A stretch of DNA of 63,664 nt, filler included, from Diploschistes diacapsis (Eukaryota), in the NCBI GenBank assembly GCA_023645945.1. It is 18 parts of 18 records of this genome, joined end to end, with 100 filler letters (N's around TTAATTAATTAA, not from the genome) between each part and the next. Parts side by side here need not be neighbours in the genome. Positions count along the whole stretch, not along the records: positions 1 to 20,611 come from JALAIB010000336.1; positions 20,712 to 41,296 come from JALAIB010000337.1; 16 more parts are not named here. The stretch is one strand, 5' to 3'. Of the stretch, positions 11,267-20,821 are shown in pieces. Both the position numbers and the translations under genes were made by a program. A model generated the notes under the pieces. That model saw only the letters and a program-made list of their open reading frames with translations. It made no database searches and was not told where the DNA came from. Numbering within the stretch: position 1 is the stretch's first letter; each line of letters opens with the position of its first letter.

Positions 11267-14200
11267 TCAGCTCTCAAGCTCGATACTCGGCCCAAACAGC
11301 TCCTGCGACCCGCCATCCGCATCCATCCTCCTCTCATCCCCTCTCGCTGTCCCTCTACTCTGCCTACTACTGTCCCCCACCCTCTCCTTCCCCTTCTCTT
11401 CCACTCGTCTTCCCAGGCCGTCACTCGCCTCGCTCACATCCTCGATTACATCCACTTCGCCGTCCACCGGTGGGTCGGTGACATAGCTTTCCAGACTGTA
11501 ATGATGATTGTTCTCGGCGGCGTCTGCGTCGTAGCTCTGCTGTCGAAGCAGCGGAGGGGTTTCCGGTGGAAGGAGGTTTCCCTGAGCTAGGAGTCTGCGC
11601 GCATCAGAGCCGGAGCTGGAGAGCTGGCGTTTTGGCGTTGAGTACCCGCTTAACGGTCTGCGCTGGGTAGAGGTCTGGTGTCTGGTAGCACTGGCCCTAG
11701 GCTGAGGCGTGTGCCGGACAGTAGTATGTGGAGGCGTCAGCAGGCCAGAGAGAAAACTTTGCGGCGACGACTTCGAAGGTGTTTGAGCAGCGCTGCTGCT
11801 TGCAGACGGTACAGCCATTTCTGCGAGACTACTCAGAGACGTTTGGCCCTTGCGCCAGTTGCCCCATGCGGCTGCAGCTGCTAGAGGTAGAGAGCGAGGT
11901 GAAGCGGCGATTGTCGATAGCGAAGGGAGACGTTGACCCGCGCCGGCCCCAGTCACTGCGCGCTCTTTCTCCTGCTGTTCCATTTGCAAATTCGCTCTCA
12001 GGCGAATTGCAGCGTCGCGCACTGCGTCGCGATCGAATGCCGGAGCCGAGAGTGCTGTAATAATATCCTGCAAATCGTCAAGGCGGACACCGAGTAGTTC
12101 GCGGAGCCAAGCGATCTCAATGTCGCGCTCCTTCACCTTCTGGGGAGCCTCCTGATCAATAGCCGCCAGCTCCTGCTCGAGCTTTTCAATGCGAGATTCG
12201 CGCTCATGCAGCTGCTCTTGCAGAACTAGTATTGACTCGCGTAGAGCTTGTGGAGAGATTTTGTCGGGTATTTGGGAGTTGCGAGTTGCTACCATGGACG
12301 GCATAGCGCTTCGACTGACTGATTGAGCTTGCTGCTGAGGGGTCGAGCTGCGAGCCGATCGTGCAGCTTCAGCGGCTGCTTGAGCAGCAGACTTCGCGAT
12401 TTCAAGACGTTCTTCAAGATGAGTGACTTTATCCTGAAGATGCAGAATCTTTTCGTCAGAGAGTGACAGGCGGCCGTTCGATTCTTGTTCGCTAATCCTC
12501 TTCTCCTCGGACACGGAACGCAGGGCACGCTTGTGGTCCTCGATAAGATTCTCGACAGCTCTGGTGTGATCGTGAACAGCATTGTCAATGGTTTGCTCGT
12601 ATGATGACTTGAGCTCATTCATTGCTCGATCATGAGAGGATGTCGCCTCGCCCAAGGTACGCTCGTGGAAGCGGTAGTGCTCTTGGAGTGCAGCCTCACG
12701 CGCCTCAGCAGCTTCTCGAAGTGCATTGTTCTTCGAAACCGAAGCCTCCTCAAGCATAAGCTCGTATCTATCAGTAACAAGCTTCGTATCATTCCTTGTA
12801 TTTTCGAGCTGTGACTCCAATCGCTTGATGACGCTCTCTAGGTCCGACTTTTGAATCTGAAGTTGCTGGTTTGCGGCTTCCACGTCTCCCTTTGTCAGAT
12901 TACTGATTCGCTGGATTTCAAGATGCGCCCGTTCTTTCGTGTCGTGCAGCTCACGCTCGAAGGCCATACATCGCTCCTGATGCTGATGATTCTTGGTACG
13001 CAGATCATTCACAATGTTTGAGAGGTTATTGTTCTCATTCCGAACTTGTTCGACCAGGAACCGAGACCTCATGGCCTCCCTCTCCTGCTTCTCGAGACGC
13101 TCGATCTCTAGCTCGAGCCTCTCGCGCGTGCGAGCTTCTGCTTCCAATCTGGCAAGACTGAGCTCATGCTTCGCCTTGTGCTCTTCTTCCTTGTGACGCC
13201 AAGAAGCTTGGTCTTTTGCGATACTTTGAGTTGTTCGGGTCATATCTTCTTGTATACGCTCGAATTTCTCTTTCAGATTCTGCTTGGATTTGATGTCATC
13301 CTCTAGTTCCTCCCGCAGTGCAACGATGGTACGCTCTAGATCCTCATTCGTCGTCTTGGCCTCATTCATCTCCGTCCTCCAGTCGTGGTGAGAGATCCTG
13401 TATTCGGAGATGGTTTCTTCGAGTGCGAGATTTTTTTCGGTGAGATCAGAAATTGTCCTTTCCATAGATACCTGAGCTTCTTCCAGCAAAACCATGTGCT
13501 GCTTGTTCTGCTGTTGATCGTCTAAGAATGATCGTAAGCTGGCTTCTGTCTCTTCTGCAATCTCACGGTTCTCTGCCGCTTCCGTAACGGCATTTTCAAG
13601 CTCCCTCCGACTCTCGACAAGCTCATCTTCAATCTTCCTGCGTTGCTTGTATTCGTCATTTGCACGAGATTCCTGGATCTTGAGCATGCTCTCGAGTCCA
13701 TTGACCTGGAGCTGTAGCTTCTCGACGGCTGCCCCTGCTTGACTGGATGTGACTGGCGCCGACTTCCCTCGCATGTGCTTGTTTATGGCTTCCTCAACAA
13801 CCGTTTTGATGTCATGAGACGATCCTGCCCGCTCTTTTTGCTCGTTTATCGACGTCTGCAATCGAGCAATGGCATTTGTCATGTTCACCATCTCTTCACT
13901 GGACAAGGCAGCTGACACAGCTGCTTGTGAAGGCTGTTCTACCTTACCTAAAGAGCTCTTCAGCTCTCCGATAGCCTCCGTGATTTTCGCAATAGCTTCG
14001 TTACCCATTCCACTCGTCGAGGTCTCTGGCTCCTGCTGCTGGTGGTTGATCGCCGTTTTAAGTTCAGCAAGAGCTTCAAGCACTCTAGTAGTATCATCAA
14101 CTGCAACGGACCGCTGACTATTTACAGCTTCCATTAGGAGACACCTGAGCTTCTCGACTTTTCTATCTTTCAAGAGTGGCGAAATAGCTCTGCCCGGCAG

Positions 14201-17200
14201 CATTTCCTCGTCTTCATCGTCGGCGTCACTGTTCTGGACGTCAGCGGAAACGCTTCCATAATGTCGTCTACTGCGCGACCTATTTGATTTGCGTGCCAAT
14301 TCGGCAGTCAAGGTAGCCAGGGCCGTTTCAAGAGGCTGGAGGCGATCCTCGAGAGCATTGGCAATGACATGGCTGATCCGGTTGTCGAAGAAGCCTACCC
14401 TTGTATTGAAGGCTTCTTCCTCGCCAGAAGACACAACGTCATCCCAATCGCTGATGGATCCATTGTCGTTGCGATTCAACCTTCTCACAGGAGAGTCGAA
14501 AGAAGCGGATGGATGGCGAGGCTTTTTGAATGATGGACTGCTTCTTGGATTTCGAGCAATCATTTCTGCTGCAGCGTCCGCAGCGCTGTCTGACATCTCC
14601 ACCGCTTCCGCCGGCAAGTACTGGAAGGGTTGCGAATATCTATTCGGACTCGCTGTGACGCTGAATGGTGATCTCTGCAAGCGGCGATCTGCGTCGGACA
14701 AGTACTCCCTTTGAACAAGCTCATGCGACGGCGCATATTGATGCTCATCTGTTGCCCTTCTTACAGGGCTCCGCCAGGCTTCAACGGGATTACGCTCCAC
14801 GCCAGCATCAGAATCATCGCCATTCAGCTGTTTAATCACGTCATCAATCTCTTGATAGCTAGAAGGCTCCACATACTGGACACCGCTGATGATACGGTCA
14901 TCAAGAGTCTCGATTGGAGAGTCTGGGCGCGGATTCATTGGCGATCCTCCCTTGGGTGATATTTCAGCCGAGGATACTATGAAGGGCTCTCTTCTTTCTT
15001 CTACAGAAGGTTCTTGCGAGGGCTTGACCGTGAATTCCTCAGTTGACGAAGTGAGCTGCTCCGGAGGTGATTTACGAGCAGGAGGCGGAGAAGGTTCTCG
15101 AAGCGGCTGTAATGGTTCTTGTGTGGCGTACCTGGAAGCACCAAGCCCTCCCAGCACACCAGGCTTCTTCGTAACTGTCTTGGCTGAACTTTCAGTTGCA
15201 ACAGGAGTGCTGCTTGATGTCTCCGCGGCTGGGTTCGGTGGCTCAAAGGCGATTACAGCGGGATTAAACGCAAAGGAGTTGGCTGTGGCAGATGAAGCAG
15301 ATTCCTTGGTAGGCTCAAGAACCTCTGAAGCAGCTTCTTCCCCCAAAGAAGGGGATACTCCGTTTGAGATGGCTTCCAGCCTTTCCTCGGCGATAGCCTT
15401 TGGCGAGGCTGATGGAGACTGGGGTCGCGATTTATCCGTCGCTCCCGCGTCATCATGGTCACCCACTGCGAAAGGATCCTCGATAGGACCTCGGACTTGG
15501 GGAACTTCGCCACTTTTACCACCTTCTAAGACGTCAATGTTATCGACCAATGCCTTAAGCTGATCCGTTGCCTGCTCCGCAGACGAACTAGGAGTAGCCG
15601 GTATCGTGGGCGCTTCCAGGAAGTCGGCGGTGTTGAGGGGCTCTTCTACGGTCTGGCGAGCAGGCGAGCCCAGCGTCGCAGGCTCTGAAGTGGATATTGT
15701 GGGAGTCTCGCGTTTCCGTACCTGCTCTTCCTTATCCTCTTCGACTTCCTTACCCGCAGTTTCTTGCGGTTTCGTATCAGTCACGGACGGAATTTCTGTA
15801 AGCATAGCAGCGAAAAGAGGAATTCCGTTCCCTGAGATGCTGCCGCGCCTCATCCTCTTCCTTCTATCTGCAGCTGGCCCGATACGTCCAGACTCGTCTT
15901 CAGCATGATCGGAGTCTTCCTTCGGGGGAACTATTGGGATAGCTTTGGACTCCTTAGGAGGTTGAACAACGTCCGCGAATATACCCGGTGCTTGAGGTTC
16001 TTTCTCCGATTCGTCGTTCAGATTTGAGGTGAATGCATAACCTGGTGTAGAGCTCAATGCGCTGGGTTTGGATCCGGGGAGCGAGGCAGAGAAGCTAAAT
16101 ACACGATTTGACGTCAGCGGTGGTTGCGCTTGTAACTTGGTGGGGACAAAAGCTGGCGCGGCTACGTTGAGGCTGCTGCTAAATGCAGACGTATTGGAGG
16201 TGGTTTTTCCATGTCCCTCGGCAAACCCTGAAGTGGACGTGGCTGAAGTGGGTCCGCTAGTCGTGGACGCTTGATCACCAAAAGTGAGGGCCGAAGTGAA
16301 AGAAGATCTCGAGGGATCAAAGATAAATTCCTGAGCTTTGACATTCAATTTCGAGCCGGATGTCTTCGGCGTATGGGCACCCGACGCTGGCAGTCCTGCG
16401 CTTCCAACTATTGGAGAATTCATAAGACTCGGATTGGTCTCGATATCAGAGGCAGTAGCTTTCAGGTCTTGCGATTCCACTTCGGAAACAGAGTCTTGCT
16501 TTACTACCGAATCTGCTTCTTTGTTCTTTTTCAGGCTCGGACTAGAATCCTCTTCGTCTTCCAATTGACGAGCAATTGACTCCTCGAGGTGATACTCGGC
16601 ATTATCAATTTCCTTCTGCAGATTCTCGCTCAGGTTATGGCGGTGACCTTGTGGCACAGGACTGGCAATGTCAGGTTGACTGACGTACCGTATAGGATGC
16701 TGCGGACTAAGGTCGTTGGTGGCTTGACGTTGCAGGTTTGGTTTCTGGTGCTGAATAGCTTGCTGTTGCATCAGAGCAGGATAGATCTGGCCGGCCTGTT
16801 GGCGCAAATGTGGTGGATGTTGGGCCAAGCCGTTGAAGTAGCCGTCTACGCCCAGGCCAGGTAGAGGAGAAACTGGAGAGTTGGAGATCCGGATGCTGTG
16901 TCTTCTCCCATCAACAAGGGGCGATACTCCTCTTGAGTTGGGCAAAGATCCTAGGTAATGTTGCTGTGGCTGCATGCCAGGTAATAACGGCGTTTGCTGA
17001 GCTTGGAAACGAGCGTTGTGGCTTGGCATCTGCCCCGGTGGGAACGCCATCGATTGGTTTGGAAGGTGGAAGCCAGCTGACCGGGGGTTTGGCGGTATGG
17101 CTCCGGGCGAGATCATGGGTTGTATGAATGGAAACTGTGGATGTGGAGCTGTCAGTGGAGGAGAGAATGCATTCTCTATTTGTCCGCTAAACTGACTCCC

Positions 17201-18634
17201 CACCAATGGCCCATTCGAGAGGGACGGAGCAAAAGAGTTTTGTGACGAAGGCTGTCTGCTCATCGAAGAGACTCCAGGAGAAGACCTTGCAGGCTCATCT
17301 TCTCCAATTCTCGCTAGCAATGCTTGGAGCTTCTCTTCTTTCAATTGCTTCAAGTAGTCATCTGATGCTTTCTTGTTTGGGATGTTCACCGTGAAGTTCC
17401 TCGACTGCACCTCTGTCCGATACTCATCCGCATCAGGATATATGGCCCTGCCCGTCGAGTCGTCCAGCAGATCAAAACCACGATTCGAGAACCCTTCTCT
17501 TTCCCATCGTTGCATGCGGGCCGTAACCTCTTCAGGCTTCAATAGCACCTTCGGCTTTCCATCGGTGTCTGTCCCGATCTCTAACGGTAACGCGATCACG
17601 CAAACTTTCCCCCTCCACTGCGTTTTCTTACGGGGTCTTTGAAAGGAGCTTGTGGACGCTATCGATGGCCTCTGGGGTTGCACGGAGGGGTCCACATTCA
17701 TACTGTTGGAAGTGATGACTGGCGCTTCTGATGCGGTCCTAACGGGAGCAGGAGGCAAAGGCTTTTCAGCGGGAGACCTCCTAGAGCCTCGGGTCACGGC
17801 TCCTGACATCAAGGCTGAAAGCATCTTAGGCCCTTGGCTTACCCTTTCGGGCTCGGTCTTCAGTAAGTCGTCAAAGTCCTGTTGGGTAAGAGTCCCGTTA
17901 TCTGTCCGCGTGCGATGGCCCCGTTTGAAGCTGTTCCTGGTAGAATTTGCTGGCCTGGCCGGTAAGACGTGTCGGTTCAGCTGCGATGCCTTTGGCGTTT
18001 TGGGCTCAGCCTGGAATCTTTGGTCTAAAAAGCCGTCGACTAGAGCTTCGACTTCCCTCCAGTCAGATCCGCTGCTGCTGTTGTCCGACTCGTCGCTCAG
18101 CCAAGTTCTTTTTTCTACCTTTTCCCGCGTATAGTTGCGAATCCAGTCCCCAGTCAGATCGTACGTTCTTTGAGCTGATTGGAGGTTGTCAATTCGGGAA
18201 AATGGAATTGACTGAGTCCCCTCGCTGGTGTAGCTGCGTCTAAGAAACCGAGCGTTCTCTGTGTCCCGAGTTTCTCCGTTGCCGAAGACCGCTGCTTTCG
18301 AAGGCCGAAGTGGAGACCCGTCAGTGCTAGAAGCAGTATTCCTCCTACGGAAGACTTTGTTACCCTGCGAAGCCTTCGAGCTAGAGGGCAGCTCGTACGG
18401 AGAACCCCATAGGGCAGTATAATAGGTACTATCGGACTTTTGCTGTGGCGGCGAAGAGAATTGTGTGGATCGCTCGAACGAGGTCCGCGGGAGACGGGGC
18501 AGAGGAGGAAGGCTTGGCGAGCTGCTTTCACTTGGTGAGGTATAAGCGGATGCGTAAGTGTTCGAGGCGCTCGAAGAGTCGGCTAATCCCAAGCTATACC
18601 GACCAAAGTTCGATGAAACAGCAACTTTCCGCAA
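11267..18634 (-). CDS. Large (~2450 aa) conserved fungal protein with a disordered N-terminal half and long C-terminal coiled coil (family usually labelled 'myosin class II heavy chain-like'; no motor domain); true start uncertain
   Basis: Uninterrupted 2455-codon ORF. Heptad-rich E/K/R/L region at ~12000-13900 with blocks ISPQALRESILVLQEQLHERE and KERDIEIAWLRELLGVRLDDL; N-terminal blocks WRGKVCVIALP and FNPAVIAF. First in-frame ATG only at 17824. Confidence 0.85.
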   Translation of the reverse strand: MRKVAVSSNFGRYSLGLADSSSASNTYASAYTSPSESSSPSLPPLPRLPRTSFERSTQFSSPPQQKSDSTYYTALWGSPYELPSSSKASQGNKVFRRRNTASSTDGSPLRPSKAAVFGNGETRDTENARFLRRSYTSEGTQSIPFSRIDNLQSAQRTYDLTGDWIRNYTREKVEKRTWLSDESDNSSSGSDWREVEALVDGFLDQRFQAEPKTPKASQLNRHVLPARPANSTRNSFKRGHRTRTDNGTLTQQDFDDLLKTEPERVSQGPKMLSALMSGAVTRGSRRSPAEKPLPPAPVRTASEAPVITSNSMNVDPSVQPQRPSIASTSSFQRPRKKTQWRGKVCVIALPLEIGTDTDGKPKVLLKPEEVTARMQRWEREGFSNRGFDLLDDSTGRAIYPDADEYRTEVQSRNFTVNIPNKKASDDYLKQLKEEKLQALLARIGEDEPARSSPGVSSMSRQPSSQNSFAPSLSNGPLVGSQFSGQIENAFSPPLTAPHPQFPFIQPMISPGAIPPNPRSAGFHLPNQSMAFPPGQMPSHNARFQAQQTPLLPGMQPQQHYLGSLPNSRGVSPLVDGRRHSIRISNSPVSPLPGLGVDGYFNGLAQHPPHLRQQAGQIYPALMQQQAIQHQKPNLQRQATNDLSPQHPIRYVSQPDIASPVPQGHRHNLSENLQKEIDNAEYHLEESIARQLEDEEDSSPSLKKNKEADSVVKQDSVSEVESQDLKATASDIETNPSLMNSPIVGSAGLPASGAHTPKTSGSKLNVKAQEFIFDPSRSSFTSALTFGDQASTTSGPTSATSTSGFAEGHGKTTSNTSAFSSSLNVAAPAFVPTKLQAQPPLTSNRVFSFSASLPGSKPSALSSTPGYAFTSNLNDESEKEPQAPGIFADVVQPPKESKAIPIVPPKEDSDHAEDESGRIGPAADRRKRMRRGSISGNGIPLFAAMLTEIPSVTDTKPQETAGKEVEEDKEEQVRKRETPTISTSEPATLGSPARQTVEEPLNTADFLEAPTIPATPSSSAEQATDQLKALVDNIDVLEGGKSGEVPQVRGPIEDPFAVGDHDDAGATDKSRPQSPSASPKAIAEERLEAISNGVSPSLGEEAASEVLEPTKESASSATANSFAFNPAVIAFEPPNPAAETSSSTPVATESSAKTVTKKPGVLGGLGASRYATQEPLQPLREPSPPPARKSPPEQLTSSTEEFTVKPSQEPSVEERREPFIVSSAEISPKGGSPMNPRPDSPIETLDDRIISGVQYVEPSSYQEIDDVIKQLNGDDSDAGVERNPVEAWRSPVRRATDEHQYAPSHELVQREYLSDADRRLQRSPFSVTASPNRYSQPFQYLPAEAVEMSDSAADAAAEMIARNPRSSPSFKKPRHPSASFDSPVRRLNRNDNGSISDWDDVVSSGEEEAFNTRVGFFDNRISHVIANALEDRLQPLETALATLTAELARKSNRSRSRRHYGSVSADVQNSDADDEDEEMLPGRAISPLLKDRKVEKLRCLLMEAVNSQRSVAVDDTTRVLEALAELKTAINHQQQEPETSTSGMGNEAIAKITEAIGELKSSLGKVEQPSQAAVSAALSSEEMVNMTNAIARLQTSINEQKERAGSSHDIKTVVEEAINKHMRGKSAPVTSSQAGAAVEKLQLQVNGLESMLKIQESRANDEYKQRRKIEDELVESRRELENAVTEAAENREIAEETEASLRSFLDDQQQNKQHMVLLEEAQVSMERTISDLTEKNLALEETISEYRISHHDWRTEMNEAKTTNEDLERTIVALREELEDDIKSKQNLKEKFERIQEDMTRTTQSIAKDQASWRHKEEEHKAKHELSLARLEAEARTRERLELEIERLEKQEREAMRSRFLVEQVRNENNNLSNIVNDLRTKNHQHQERCMAFERELHDTKERAHLEIQRISNLTKGDVEAANQQLQIQKSDLESVIKRLESQLENTRNDTKLVTDRYELMLEEASVSKNNALREAAEAREAALQEHYRFHERTLGEATSSHDRAMNELKSSYEQTIDNAVHDHTRAVENLIEDHKRALRSVSEEKRISEQESNGRLSLSDEKILHLQDKVTHLEERLEIAKSAAQAAAEAARSARSSTPQQQAQSVSRSAMPSMVATRNSQIPDKISPQALRESILVLQEQLHERESRIEKLEQELAAIDQEAPQKVKERDIEIAWLRELLGVRLDDLQDIITALSAPAFDRDAVRDAAIRLRANLQMEQQEKERAVTGAGAGQRLPSLSTIAASPRSLPLAAAAAWGNWRKGQTSLSSLAEMAVPSASSSAAQTPSKSSPQSFLSGLLTPPHTTVRHTPQPRASATRHQTSTQRRPLSGYSTPKRQLSSSGSDARRLLAQGNLLPPETPPLLRQQSYDADAAENNHHYSLESYVTDPPVDGEVDVIEDVSEASDGLGRRVEEKGKERVGDSSRQSRGTARGDERRMDADGGSQELFGPSIELES

Positions 18635-20611
18635 ATCAGCTAAGCTGGGCGTTGGGAGCTGAAATGGCGGAGACGATGTTATGTCTGCATATATTAGAGA
18701 TCTTTAGCATACTAAGAATAGGTCTTATACATACCCTCCACGGCGAACTAGGTCAGAGACGAGCTAACGTCTCTGTCTTGCAAGCTTTACCTATGTCCGT
18801 TCCAGCATCAAGTAGTTTGAGTTGTGCCTGACGAGTGTGTCGGTTTTGGAGTATCCTGGAGCGTTTCCGCTGAGTATATTCGCTATAACATCCAGTATGC
18901 TAGAGAATCCCTGACGAGTATTGATATGTAACGTGTGGATCGCGGACGCAGCGAAAGACAAAATAGAAGCTAAAGGAGCGACTTGCAGCGGTGCCGGCGA
19001 CGCTGATGCGACATGGGAATCAATTAAAGAGGATGCTATTGACGATGCCAATAGTCTTCATTGGAGCAATTCATCTGCAATCCTGTTGATCTCCGAGTCG
19101 TGTTGTTGTAGATTTGATATTTCCTAGGGAAAGTGAAGGTGCGATAAAAAGTTTAGAAAGGAGAGCGCGTTCTGCAACTGACCAATAAGACTGTCAACAC
19201 CACGTGGTTGGTTCCCAGCTCTTCTCGCTTCATTTATTCTGTACCCAGAAGGGAACTTGAATAGATATAGGTAGTCCATAATCTACCTAAATTTCTCAGT
19301 TACTAGACATGGCTGCCATACTCAAGATGGATGCAACTGCACCGGCTTTCCCGTGCGCCATGTTTATACTGCTGGGTAAGCATTCGCGTAGGTAGGTAAG
19401 GTACTTTCGACTTGGCTGCATCATGATCATGGTACGGAAGCTATGACACTGCTGCAACGCCTTAATCGACTCTCGGAAAACGATCGATCAGATTACGTCC
19501 AGGCATTTGGGAAGCTGCATCTTAGCTGCTTGTGAGCTAGGTGACAATGAACATCTCTGTTAGAGCTCTGGCGGTCCTTAGACATGCAATGGATTAAAGA
19601 TTGTTGGGGATATTTAGCGATTGGCGCTCTAATCAAGGTTGACTCCAAAGAGATCATAAGAGTTTCTGACTGCTACAATATTAGAGTAAGTGACCAAAAA
19701 GCAAATTCATTTTAACAATAGCGCTGCCGCATTTCCAAACTACACTCCTTGAGCTTACAACATATAGACTCTCTAGAACCAGAATACGTCCGAAAAATTA
19801 CAATGGCTACCACATCAAGTAGCAATCGACAAACAGACCTTATTTTGGCCTGGGGGCCGTACAGTACTCCGACGTACTCACCAGAAAACTAGTGGTTTAA
19901 GAGAGTTTCAAGGACGCCATGCCCGCCTGAGGAAAACCTCATCAGGCTAGCCCAGCCTTTCCAACACAACTTGCTGGGTATCTCCTTTGTTTCCCGTCAG
20001 CATCGTTTTCGCCACCCAAGTCATGATGCCTCGTACAACAGCTTGAAGACCGTCGAAGCAGCGGCGGGAAAGGGGAGGGATGTCCGAGAGCAACGGCAAC
20101 AGCATATCGTCAAGGAAGCCTCGACCGGTTTTTACAGCAGCCAAGCCCCTTGTAGCAGGCGTTGTCTGTAACGTGTCGTAGGAGCCTGAGGTGCAGCTCC
20201 ATGCATGCTGTACCGATGCTACGAATCCGGCCCGTCGCACACTCGACCCCTTAGAGAGAGAAAAAGTGACTTGTTCTAATTGATGACAGAAAAGACGATT
20301 GTCCTCATTCGAAGTACTTCGAGAAAGGACTGCTTTCGATGACAATTCTTAGGAGCTGCCGGCTCATTATCAAATTGTATTTACGCACGCTTAGAAAGGC
20401 CTGGGGAATAATGTTTGCTGTCAAAGACCTTCTTTGCTTTTCCTTCATTAGCCATCTATCCTCTCTTGTGAATCCTCTATTTCTGCCCTCGGCCCTGCTT
20501 CCCTCTGCCTCTACTTCTCCCTCTTTCTTTCTTTCTCTCCGCCATTCCACCTTGGACAATCCCCTTCGCCTCTCCTTCTCCCCTCCACCACTTCCCCCCT
20601 CACTTCCCTCC

Positions 20612-20711
20612 NNNNNNNNNNNNNNNNNNNNNNNNNNNNNNNNNNNNNNNNNNNNTTAATTAATTAANNNNNNNNNNNNNNNNNNNNNNNNNNNNNNNNN
20701 NNNNNNNNNNN
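20612..20711. other. Artificial contig-joining spacer N44-TTAATTAATTAA-N44 (first of 17)
   Basis: Identical 100-bp spacers start at 20612, 41297, 42698, 44098, 45498, 46897, 48296, 49694, 51092, 52490, 53888, 55286, 56683, 58080, 59477, 60873 and 62269. The core 12-mer gives stops in all six frames. Confidence 0.97.
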
Positions 20712-20821
20712 CCCCCCGTTCGTGACAGGCAAAAAATAGTCGCTCCCATCCAAACGCCCGCTGGGGGATCTAATCCTTCTTCCTTTTCCTCGTCGAGACC
20801 ATCACCTCTCCCATCGCCGCT

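Noticed and set aside
14289..18134. Long plus-strand ORFs (e.g. 14889-15563, 17652-18134)
   Set aside because: Antisense shadows of the large minus-strand gene, with no independent motifs.
11267..18634. True myosin II heavy chain
   Set aside because: No motor domain or GESGAGKT P-loop; any similarity is coiled-coil composition only.
19947..20345. 132-aa ORF as a gene
   Set aside because: Non-ATG start, no recognisable motifs, and no convincing splice model could be built.
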